Assembly: GCF_009914755.1 (NCBI RefSeq)
Contig: NC_060931.1
DNA from: the human T2T-CHM13v2.0 reference genome, Homo sapiens
Reading direction: 5' to 3' (one strand)
DNA length: 64,000 bases
Of this stretch, positions 34,390 to 61,566 are shown in pieces. The notes under the pieces are model-generated. The model worked only from the letters and a program-made list of their open reading frames with translations, ran no database searches and was not told the DNA's origin. The first letter of the stretch is position 1, and every line of letters starts with the position of its first letter. The position numbers and the translations under genes were made by a program.

Positions 34390-36280
34390 GCAACTTGGGT
34401 GTGGAGCTGGGCACACCCACGTACGTCATTGTGACTCAGAAGTCCCTGTCACCGCCCTGAGCCAAGTACTAAAGTAAGGCCCAAATACCACACTTACTTC
34501 ATAAAGAAACCAAAGTCTGACTGCCTCCATTTCTCATGAGTGAAAAACTGTTTCTATTATAGGAAACTTAGGTCTTCAGTGTGTTTGATGGTAGCATGCT
34601 ATTAGATTGTGTATTCTCAAGTCTGATTTTCCCCATTACTGTGCTTTCTCCTTTTCACTTCTGCTTTGTCACTTGGAATGTTTCTAGAAGTAGAAGTCAC
34701 TGCCCCTGCCTACATCAGACTGCAATTCCGGGACATCCAGGCAACAGCAAGGGATAATTAGGAATAAATTTGGCTGGAAGAAAGGGAAAATGCAGCTTAG
34801 GCAGCCTAAACCAACAGGCTTATTTTTCTCACTCAGTAAGAGAGCTGAGGTCGCCTGACTCAGCTCAGGTTCTCAGTGAGCCATCAGCCACCAGGTGCCA
34901 CCTTTCAGTGAGTGGGCTTCTATCCCTTCCAGGTGTCTCTTCATGCTCCATGGGAATTAGATGGGACATGCTTTGACTCTCTCTTCCAGAAGCTTTCTCT
35001 TCTTTTTGAAGGGGCTTCTGTTTGCGCTGGGTGGTCAATGACTCAGCCTAGTCTTGATTTATCCCCCAGGATGGGGACAGACAGCAGGGGAGAGATCTCA
35101 GGTTGAGATGAGTGTACAGTAAGGGCTGGGAGTATCAGAAGGGGAAACGCTCTCCCAGATAGTGACAAAGCTAAGCGACCATGTGAAGGGAGAGGACAAA
35201 CATCCCATGGAAAGAAGGGTAGCTGCCAGGCCTGCGGGAAGGAAGGAGCATGATGCTGGGGCATGGGAGCAAGTGGACAGGGAGGGCTCTGCAGGTCCCC
35301 TGGAACCTAAAGCCAGGGGTTATGGAAGGCAGATCCAGATTCAGGTGTTCAGAGGATGAGGCAGGGGTGGGTAGTTTAAGGAGCTGGAGAAGAGGTATCT
35401 CCTTGGGGAGTGGAAGATGTTAGAGAGATACAGGGTTGCAGGACAACAGGGAGGTGGAAAGAGAGTGGGGGATGGACTGTGGCATCTGGGCCCCACCAGG
35501 AAGGAAGTGGCCCCATTGGTGACTCATACAGGGAGGGGTGGGGCCAGTGGGTGCCTGGGAGCTCTGGTACTTGGGCAGGTCTGGCTTCCTGCTGCCACAT
35601 CTGTTGGGAGGTGAAGCCTGCAGGCCAAATAATGACCTTCATTTTCAAAGCCTTTTTGAATAAATAAACTTTTTTGAGGTTTAACTTACATATATTAAAA
35701 TTCACTTGTTTTAAGTGTTTAGTGCAGTAGGTTTTGCCAAATGTGTGCAGTCACTACACTCGATACAAAACATTCTATCACTCAATTCAAAAACCTTTTG
35801 GTATACCTCCAGGTCTTGGCGCAAAGAGGGCTTGCTGTTGTTGGGTGTGGGGGCTCACCCAGTCCTGGAGACAGAATGGGCTCTTTGTCTGAAGGTGGGG
35901 CAGGGTGCTCCCCCAGTGGTGTGGGAACTGAGCCAACTGGAGAGTGAAGTGGGATGCATGGTGTAAGATGAATAAGGGAAAGGCTGCAGAAGTTGCATTC
36001 CCAGCATTTTCCTTCCCGGGGATTCCCAGCAGCTCAGCAGTACCGGTATGAACCAGTTTTTTTCTGACTGCCTCCAGCATGAGCTGAATTTCCGTCTGTG
36101 CAGTTATCCTCAGCCAATTGAAAATCACCTGGAGTTGTATTCCAAGCACAAAAGAAGGTCAGAGAGTGGAGGCCCGATGATCATGATCGCCCTGTCTCCA
36201 GGGCCTAGGCTGGAAGGAGTCCTGCAGCCTTTGTGGCTCAGGACCAGAGAGCTGACCTTGACCCTGACCTTGTGATCCCA
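34390..36280. promoter_or_regulatory. Candidate intronic enhancer (AP-1/ARE and ERRE motif cluster)
   Basis: Alu-free stretch with TGACTCA at 34432, 34856, 35039 and 35520, and TGACCTTGACCCTGACCTTG at 36253-36272. Confidence 0.5.
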
Positions 36281-37030
36281 GGCATCAGTGGCTGGAAATT
36301 CCTTTCATTTTATTGTTGAGCCCAGAAGCGCCCAGCTCTCTTTGGCAAGGTTAAGCTAGGGTAAGAGGCACTGTTACTAGAGTGACCAGAGTTCTTTAAG
36401 CGTCGCTCTGCTATTACTCAGTTAACCTTATTAATACCCTGCCTGGTGACTGCTGTGTGTAAATTCTGCCTGAGCCCACATCTCTCCAGTGGGAATATGA
36501 TTGACATTCCAGGTGCTCTAAGTAAGTTGGAAAAGCCCACAGAGAGCCTCAGTAAAAGTTAGCTATACCTATCCCTGCTGCTATTGGTGGGTTTTTTTTG
36601 TTTTGTTTTGTTTTACTATTTTAATTGTTATTCAAAGCTAATTTTATTGAAAAGAAGTAAACTTGTGATTTTGCTATGACTTTTGGCTCTGGATCCAAAA
36701 GTGAATATTGTCCCCTAGGATAAAGGAGGCTGTCTGTACAGCTGGAGAGACTCTTGATCTAAGGTCTTGCTCTTGGGTGACTTTGCCCTGTGTTTCTGGA
36801 CACTTAATGGGTTTTACGAAATAGAAGAAAATGTTTTAGGGGTTTAATAAAGTTTGGGTTGTGCTGTTCTCCAGTACTTACTGGGTTTGAGGGTCATGCC
36901 CTATCCATGAACCTGTTGTGGCCCCAGGGAACTAAGTAAGTGTCTACAGCTAGACTTGGGGTGCGGGTCACATGGTGTGAGGGTAGACATTCTAGCACTG
37001 GAGCAAGTTTGGGGTAAAGAAAAATTTTGA

Positions 37031-40365
<3,335 letters not shown>

Positions 40366-41478
40366 ATAAACTGATGTTTAATTGTGCTTTTCTTTTCTTT
40401 TTACAATGAACTTTTGTGAAGTCTTAGTATGTCTGATCTCTTAAATATTTTAAAAACTTGCATCTTTGTATGAGATGAATAAACCATTACAGTTCACAGT
40501 ATCTGCAAATTGTAAATCAAATAATTCAGACATGGAATAGCCAAAAATAGTAGGAATATAAGTAAATTAGTTTATAGTTTTTCTAAGGAAATTCAAACTG
40601 ATAACTAACACCTGACTTTGTGAAGTATTAGACTGTGTGCTAATGCCTTTAACTAGGGTAGTCTTTACAGCATACCTATGAAGAATGTATATATTTCTCT
40701 CCTCATAGATGAGAAAACAGCACAGAAAGGTAACTCACTAAGAGCCTACCTCTTGAATTTGAATTTTGATCCCTGACACAGAGATCAGATTTGAATTTCC
40801 ATCTCTGACCCCACACTTTGAGCTCTTAGCTCCTGAGTTTCTCCTGAGGTAGCAATGATATTATTTCTCTGTGGGGTTAGTGCTGCCTCTTACAAAGGAT
40901 CAGGTTCCACTTTGTTCCCAGGGAAGTGAAAGGACATGAGCAAGGTGACCCTGGGCTCTTCACAGGTTGTGCTGAGCCCTTGGGGCCTTGAGGGAGGTGT
41001 TTGATGGGGTGTTTGATCCCACAGAAAAACTGGTAGAGTTTGCAGACCTATAGACAGAAGGTCAAGAGATCACCTCCCAGGTGCTGGGGCCGGGGGGAAG
41101 GCTGAGACAGTAAGTGTCTCTGTTGACCTACATCCTGAATCTGTCCCCAGGCCCAGTGAATAGGAACTGAGGAGAGCTGTTGGCATTGGGCCTTTGGGTT
41201 ATGTGTGTTGATGGAAGGCGGCCACAGGGCATCTGTGTTATAGCTGTGGGGGTCAGAAAGTGCATCCCGAAGACAAAAGTTGTGGAAAGCAGGGAGCCTG
41301 AATGCTGAGAGAAACCCACCGTTTGGGAACAGACAGAGACCCCACTGTCCAGGAGGAAGCAGGCTCAGCCAGCCTATGGTAGACTTGCCTTGCCTGCAGA
41401 GAGCAGTTCTCTGTGGCCACAGATGCATCCTGGACTTAGGGGAGCAGTGAGGTAACCCTGTACCTTCTTTGTCTTTAG

Positions 41479-41670
41479 TCATGGGACATTTTTTTTCGCA
41501 ACACGAATGCCGGAGCCCCACCGGGCACTGCCTACCAGAGTCCCCTTCCCCTGAGCCGAGGCTCCCTGGCTGCTGTGGCCCATGCACAGTCCCTGGTAGA
41601 AGCACAGCCCAACGTGGACAAGCTCGTGGAGGACCACCTGGCAGTGCAGTCGCTCATCAGGGCATATCAG
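41479..41670 (+). CDS. OGDH: OGDH exon 3 (aa 75-138: [16 protein letters not shown]...[12 protein letters not shown])
   Basis: Acceptor TTCTTTGTCTTTAG, donor CAG|GTAAGG, 192 nt, phase 0-0. It continues the exon 2 frame (KSVHK|SWDIFF) and contains the conserved LIRAYQ. Confidence 0.98.
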
Positions 41671-43119
41671 GTAAGGCGGGTGCTTTACCCGCACACGGGA
41701 AAGGGTGCAGTGTTCCTTAGGTCATGCCTCATGGGCCCTATTGGCCTTTCTGAGTGTATGTTGTCACTTTACTTATACCTCCTCAAATACTAGGTGCTTT
41801 CTCCCTGCTTTGGGAGGCTAAAAAACAAATACACAAGAAAAAGAACCAGGCTAGCCCTATTTGAGCAAATCTCCCAGCACCACTAATGCCTGCCTTATAA
41901 AAGGGATCCTTATTTCCTTTCCTTCCTTGGCAAGAAATATTTGTGGGCAGGGAAAACAAGTCAGTACCCGGGCATCAAGGAGAAGTGCTGCCCATCTGCC
42001 AGTGAGCAGTGACTGGGAGGGGTGGTGCTTTTGGGTGGTTGATGCCCCCTTCTCAGTTGCTAACAACTGAATACTATAAGAGAAGAAAACCATACTATAG
42101 AGTTTGGGGATGTGGAGGCAGGGAGAGGCAGCTGAGGGTACAGCTGAGCCTACAGAGAGTGATGAGGGGCAGGGGAACTCTCCAAAAGTATTGCAGTTAG
42201 TGGCCAGTCTCGTTAGGCACGTGTTGAGCAGGACAAGGTTTTTCCCCCCATCCTTTCCCAGAGCACAATAACCAAAGTTTTTCTAGGATGTCCACCTGAT
42301 ACATGGGGAGAGCCTAGAGTTCAGATCTTAAGACTTCATCTGTGATAGTTCTAAGGACGACAGGTAGAGACAAGTGAGCCTGGTGCTTCCCTTCTGGAAG
42401 CTCCCATGGGCATCCAGGACCCTGCCACCTGTTCTTGTGTAACTGCTTTGGTGGCAACAAGGGGACTCATGTCCCTGGGCTGTCTTTTCTCTCATGCTTT
42501 GGTTTCTGGTGGCATGGGCCATGGGCAGGTGTTGTAATGGGGCAACATAGGGGAGGTCCTGGGTCTCTGGCCCTTCATGCCATGGCCTGGCAAGTAAGGC
42601 TCTCTCCCTGGGGCAAGTGTATTCTGCCTTAGAAAGGAGATGCATGGAGTTTTGTAAATGCTATATGCTTTAAAGTGTTATCCATGTGGATATTTGCATA
42701 AGGAGGAAGCCCAGTGGTGTTTCTTTATCACTGCCTGCACGCAGTTGGCCTCAGTAACAACTTCAGCCTGATCTTGCAGTGACTTACCAGCAGCTGCTCC
42801 CTTCTCAAATTGCTAGCAAGAAGTTGTGAAAGAATCTTAAATTGGAAGGGATTTTCTTTCTCCTTTTGGTTTTTAAATAGTTCAAATCAGATGCTTTAAG
42901 TCTGTGGTGTAGCAGGGTTTTTTTGTTCTGACTACTGTGTGCTGACCTACTCAGCAGCAGCAGGACCAGAGCCCTCACTCCTCACGGGGATATATAATAA
43001 AGGCAAACCTTCTCTTAGTGAGATGACCTCTTATCTGCACTCCTCCCCAGTTAAGGCCAACACTTAAGCCTTCATTTTCCTACTTAGAAAAATTTTTCTT
43101 TAAATTTGATTTATTTTAA

Positions 43120-43237
43120 ATTGAGGTGGGATCTCACTGTGTTGCCCAGGTTGGCCTCAAACTCCTAGGCTCAAGAGATCCTCCTACCTCAGCCTCCCAA
43201 GTAGCTGGAACTACAGGCATGTGCCACTGTACCCAGC
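43120..43237 (-). mobile_element. Antisense Alu monomer (FLAM-like)
   Basis: Alu consensus match. Confidence 0.8.
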
Positions 43238-43595
43238 ACCTTAGGGAAATGTTTATGTTCTGAGCTGAGGCAGGCTTCACATTGGAGTAAGAATTGCCCA
43301 GCATATCTCATTTCTGTTTATCCATGGAAACTGTATAAAGATCACAAGAAATGGATCCTTTCAGACTCCTAAGTTTATCATAACCTGAGTTTATCTCTTT
43401 TTTATAAAAGTACATTTATGCACAATAGTGCTTTTAAAATAAGTTATTCCAAGACTTTTAAAAACTAATTTTGTCGTATGGGTTTATTGGTGCTGTGTTC
43501 CTCTTTGGAAAAGGTTTGCATAACCTGTGACTCTTTTAACCCTCCCCACAGCTCACTGGATCTGCTTAATGACTTGCTTGTGTTATTGCTTCCAG

Positions 43596-43686
43596 GTCAG
43601 GGGTCACCACATTGCAAAACTTGATCCTCTCGGAATTAGTTGTGTAAATTTTGATGATGCTCCAGTAACTGTTTCTTCAAACGTGG
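43596..43686 (+). CDS. OGDH: OGDH alternative exon 4a (VRGHHIAKLDPLGISCVNFDDAPVTVSSNV), mutually exclusive with 4b
   Basis: Acceptor TTGCTTCCAG, donor TGG|GTGAGA, 91 nt, phase 0-1. It is paralogous to 4b (RGHH.A.LDPLGI) and is missing from the ORF track. Confidence 0.93.
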
Positions 43687-43808
43687 GTGAGAATTAAGCT
43701 GTAAATGCTAATTTTAATGTAATTTTACTTTTTTTTTACCCCTTCCCTCTTTTTTTTTCTTCTGTCCTTTTGTGTGTGTCCTTCCCTCTCATCGTTGGCC
43801 ACTCATAG

Positions 43809-43911
43809 ATACGAGGGCACCATGTAGCACAGCTGGACCCCCTGGGGATTTTGGATGCTGATCTGGACTCCTCCGTGCCCGCTGACATTATCTCATCCAC
43901 AGACAAACTTG
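43809..43911 (+). CDS. OGDH: OGDH exon 4b ([34 protein letters not shown]), containing the DADLD Ca2+ site
   Basis: Acceptor CACTCATAG after a long pyrimidine tract, donor TTG|GTGAGG, 103 nt, phase 0-1. Carries the conserved E1o motif RGH..A.LDPLG. Confidence 0.97.
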
Positions 43912-45142
43912 GTGAGGGTCTGAGAGCAGTCAGCTGCGTTGCTTGAGCTCCTCTCGCTGTGCCACGACCTGTGGTAGCCAGGATGTCCAGGCAGGAGGGA
44001 AAGGCTCTTAAGTTTCCTTTCATTCTGATCACTTGAAATTTATCGGTATTGTAGCCTTAGTGTGTTTTGGGCAAGTTATTTTTATCTTACTTTTTCAGCC
44101 AGATTGTCTTAAGTCTCAAAATTTGAAAATAAAATTTTGGACAGAAAGGTTTGTGGCACAGGGAAAAAGCTTGTCCACCTGGGGCAGGTGGATCAGAAGC
44201 ACTTCAGAGTATAGCTCTTTTGGCTTCAGGTTTTCAAATGTCAGTGCAGCACTGCCTTCAGTGAGGCATGTCCATGAGGCCTTGCTCAGGAACTGCTGAC
44301 ACAGCCATCCTTTTCTGAAGCCCAGTGTGGCCTGCCCTTGACTGGAGGCCATGTCCCTTAGGGGACGAATTCTAGAGCAAGTTGTGCAGTTGGGTCTCCT
44401 GATTTGTAATTGCTGGTGATCACACTGAGGAAACTTTGGAAGGCATTCCCACAGCGTCAGGAGGTCAGGGCCTTTGGGAGGTGCATGTATGGAGCACACT
44501 GGGGTTTTGTCACGGTTGCCAGAAGATAGTCCCACCTACACCCCCTCCTCCTCATGAAGTGAGGTGGGTGTTGTGGCTGGGCTCTCACCTGCAGTTGCTT
44601 TGCAGAGTTAGTCTGCTTTATGTCACTGTGCTGCTAACCTGTACTAAAGAAATGATGATGTGACTAATTTTTAAATGGCCAGGGTGTTCACAATAGACAC
44701 TGTGCATGCTGATGAAATTGATGATCACTTACTTGCCTAATACTCCTCTTGGGATGGGTACGAAATTAGCCTCCTCACAGGCACTTTTGGGGAATGGTAC
44801 AGACAGTCTCTAAGGCTCTGCAGTGCCTGGATATCTTTATAGGCATTACTAAGTTATGTCTAGGGGATGAGGCATTAATCATCAAACATCATTGACTTTG
44901 GAATTGGCATTGATGGTTTGTAATTGTTTTTTTAATACCAGCCCTTTAGCGGATTTAGGAAGGGAGTTTAGAGAAATCCTCTTGAATTTTATTGATTAAG
45001 GCCAGTTCAGATGGTAGACTGGGCATGAGTTGAACCCTGCTTTTTCATTCCGTGGTGACAACTTTGTGCTCCCAAGAAGAGGGCCTCTCTTTGCAGTGTC
45101 CCCGGAGGTCTTGGAGCCTCTTCCCTACTGCTCACCCCTTAG

Positions 45143-50293
<5,151 letters not shown>

Positions 50294-52458
50294 TGAGATG
50301 TACTTTAATGTGAGATTTAAACATAATTAAAAGAGAATTAAAAACCAATTGTATAAATAAATGGGAAGAAAGTGTGAAACTTCTCTCCCATTTACCATTG
50401 ATGTTTACAAATTGCTAATACCATTTTAGGAAATGAACGTGAGTTAAATAGTTAAAAAGTCAATTTAAAAGTTGAAAAATGTGGCAAAATGTCAACTACT
50501 TAGTTCTTGCCTTTCTCTGACAACCTGCTGTCATTAACAGCACAGCGAGTCATGACAAAGTTTCCACATATCCTCCTGACCTTCCAGGGCTCTCCGGTTT
50601 GTTCCTTTGATGGCTGAGAAAAATAAGCTAAAAATAGAGTTGACGTTTAATTAGCTTTTGTAATTTCAGAGTGATATAGAGCAGTTCATTTAGTAAGCAT
50701 TGATTGCTATGTGCAGCGTGCTGTGTGCCACAGATAACCGAGGAGCTGGAGACGAGGTTTCCTAAGTGACTCGGGAGGGCGGGGCCAAGCTAAGAACATA
50801 ACCAGGGTGGTTGAAGCCATGGGCGATATGGTCACCCTCAAGGAGAATGAAGCTGGCCAAGCAGACATCTGACATTTGAGAAGATTCTTTGACTGGAGAT
50901 ACCCAGAAACTGGTAAACCGAGTCCCCTAGTTCCCAGCGTCACATTCCTGCTTCTGTGCTTCACTTGGAAGTACTGTGGCCAAATCTCCATCCGCTCCCT
51001 CTCTCCTCCCTCACAGCACCTGCACTCTTCAAGAAGTAATTTACAATGCTTCAAAGCACTCAGGTGTTGGAAAATCTGTGTGCTTTCTGTAAATTGTGAC
51101 AACCAGAATATCTTCTATTGTTCTCTTCACTCTCCTCTTCTTTGGTTTGTGTCTTTTGTTTGCCTTTTATTTTAAAAATATAAAAAAGTACAGATAAAAG
51201 AGCATTCACATACTCAGTACTAAGAATGTAAACATTTTACCACATTGCCTTTAGATTTTTAAAAATGGGTATGAGTATTTAAGGTTCCTTTCGAGGCCCT
51301 CCCCTGTGTAGATCCTTACCTGGAGTCTCCAGGGTAGCTAACATACACCTCACTTATGGCATCTTGACATGGTCTCATGTCTTGGTTTTGAAGATTGAAG
51401 GAGAAAATTTAAGATTCTTCATCCTTGCCTTAAGCAAAATATCGACATTTAGATATTCTGTTGTCTTAAGAGCCACTTGGCTCTGAGTTCTTCAGTGGTT
51501 GTTGTTCCCTGGGGGAAGGAGACAGTGTGGCTTGCCCAGGACTGGAGACTAGCCCCTGTCACAGCCCTAGGAAGCAGGCCTGTTTCTTGGGGTCTGAGTC
51601 TGACTTCAAAGGAAGCACTTGCTGGCCTTTCTCTGCACTCCCAGTACAGGGAGCATACCCAGTGACAGCACTCTGAGTGCTCAACCATCAGCTTCTCTGT
51701 GTGCCTGTGTTACTGCCTACCTTCCTGACCCCATCCCCCAGGCCCACAAGCCCAGACAGTAAGGGTCAGGAGCATGTTTTGTGTATCCAAATAAATGCCT
51801 TGATTTCACCAGTGGCTCAGAAAGCTGTTATGTATAGTAGAAATCCGATGAAAAGTTTACAGGTAGAAGGAAGTGTACAGCTGTGGAGATGCAGCTGTGG
51901 CTCTTGGGTTGTTTTCAGCTAGCAAGCACTTCTTTCCTAGTTTGCCTTCTTGAAATGGGAGATCAAGGAATCCTTCCATTCTTTAGAATTCTTCAAAATC
52001 TTACGGTTTAGAGTAGTCTGCCACCTGAATCTAGTGCTGAGAAATATCTGCTCTAAAAATTAGGCTTTTTCATTTTCTTTTCCTCAATTTTCATCTCAAA
52101 GTAGTGACTTCCCAGGAAAGTGCTGTTATCCGCCACTTCTTGAAGCTAAGGAGATGAGGAGCTCTCAAATGACGCTGCCTGATGGCTTTCCATCGTCAGG
52201 GTGCTAACCTCCCCTCCTTCTGATTCACCTTATTCCAGCTGTTCTATGAATCATTTCCATGTTTAATAAAATTGACCCCCTGACCATGTAACCCACCCAC
52301 TTCTCCCTTGATGTGTGTGTGTGTCCCTGTGATGGTGTCTGTGCTACCTGTTACTGTGGTAATGGTGTAGGGTTTTGGTGTTTGGGTCTTTTTTAAACTA
52401 ACTCTCACCTGTCTTTTTCCTTCTGCGCTCACCCATGATACCCCACTCTGCCTCTCAG

Positions 52459-52503
52459 ATCTTGCAGTTTTCAAGGAACGACTTCGAATGCTAACAGTAG
52501 GAG
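52459..52503 (+). CDS. OGDH: OGDH 45-nt cassette microexon (inserts DLAVFKERLRMLTVG)
   Basis: Branch-like ACTAAC at 52397-52402, pyrimidine tract, acceptor CTCTCAG, donor GAG|GTATGA. It is 45 nt, symmetric phase 1-1, stop-free, and has repeat-free flanks. It matches the 'insert' splice variant as I recall it. Confidence 0.88.
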
Positions 52504-53174
52504 GTATGAAAATAATGAGCTTTTCACCTTTTCAGAGTTGAGGACTTCATTTGAATAGGATGTGCAACTTTTCCTAGCATGCAATATGGGGAAAGTTGAC
52601 GCAACTTCTGTCACGTGTTTTTAAGTTTGTTAATTGTTCTGAAATGTGTTTTTCCCTTCCTTTAATTATTAACCAATAAGTAGAGCTACTTATATGGTAT
52701 CGTTTTGTTTCTGTTCATTTGTGTTTCAAAGAGCACTTTTCATCTTCACGTGTGCTTCATCGCTTCACTGTGAGCTGCCATCTTCAGCATAATTCACCTT
52801 TAGCTGCTGCCATAGCCAGCTGGGCACATGAAGCCATGTTCAGCTCTGCATGGTGGCTTGTCCTGTCCTCCACATTCTGTGCTGAGGCTTTGACTGGACT
52901 CTGGATTCTTCCAGATTCTGCTTCCTGGGCATTTTGGGCAAGATTTCCAAAATGTTTTATGTTTGAAGGCCAACTGAAGTATTAATAAAAACTTACTGAG
53001 AACTCTTAGTGACCCTCGGTTGGGCAAAACACATTTGAGGAATCCAGAGTCGAAATGCTGGGGGATCATCAGCCTGTTGTCATCCACCCTGGTGGCCAGT
53101 CTCTTCTTTACACTCTGGCTTCTCTAAGCAGTTATCTTTTTTATCATCCTTCTAATATCTGTGAAACTCTACTT

Positions 53175-60895
<7,721 letters not shown>

Positions 60896-61566
60896 CTTTC
60901 ACAAAGCACTCATATATAGATCTAGTTTCTCAAATAGCTAAAGAACTAAAAGTGTACCAGCAGTTCTGAGGCTCAGCAGTATAGCCCAAGAACTATGAAC
61001 TCAGGATGATAGAAGTGAAAGACCATCACATGGTGAGGTCAAGGGATATCTGTAGGCACCTACTTCACAGGGTCCATGCTGAAAGACTGCAACCAATACA
61101 CAGCGCTTATCTGGGGGCATACACTGGACCGATATAGTTTCACAATCAAAATATTTCCCAACAAAATGTGCACTGTTATTCTGGTCCCCAGTCAGCTGCA
61201 CCTGGCCTGAGTTTTTTAGTCAGGAAAAATTTCTCAAAGATGATTCTGTTTTTCCTCCATAAATACTATAGGGCAATTGCCCAAAAGCCAGGCCATAAAT
61301 GGCAAGAGCCACGTGCTTCACCTAGGCCCAAGTGGTTGCTGTGCCCTCAGTGTTGACAGACTAACAGGAGGGAATGGGTGTTCAGGCTTAACTAAGCCAC
61401 TACTACCATCACCACCCTCCAGGTTAAAAAAAAAAAAAAAAGCCAGATTTGCTTTGTTTTAATAAAACAAACAGGGCTTGGAAAATGTAGAGTTTGCTTT
61501 TAAGACTTAAAAAACAAAACAAAACAAACAAAAAAAACCTCTCCGAAAGCATTAGATAAATAAAGG

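Noticed and set aside
41048-41605. 185-aa antisense ORF overlapping exon 3 (and a 188-aa ORF at 25272-25838)
   Set aside because: No recognisable domain, promoter or splice structure. The 25272 ORF starts in an Alu and reads through its poly-A.
41479-43686. Equivalent rolling ORF on an exon 3 + 4a circle (283 nt)
   Set aside because: The ATGs in the lead-in frame of 4a (ATG ATG CTC CAG TAA) stop before the junction, so no ATG-initiated multi-lap ORF exists.
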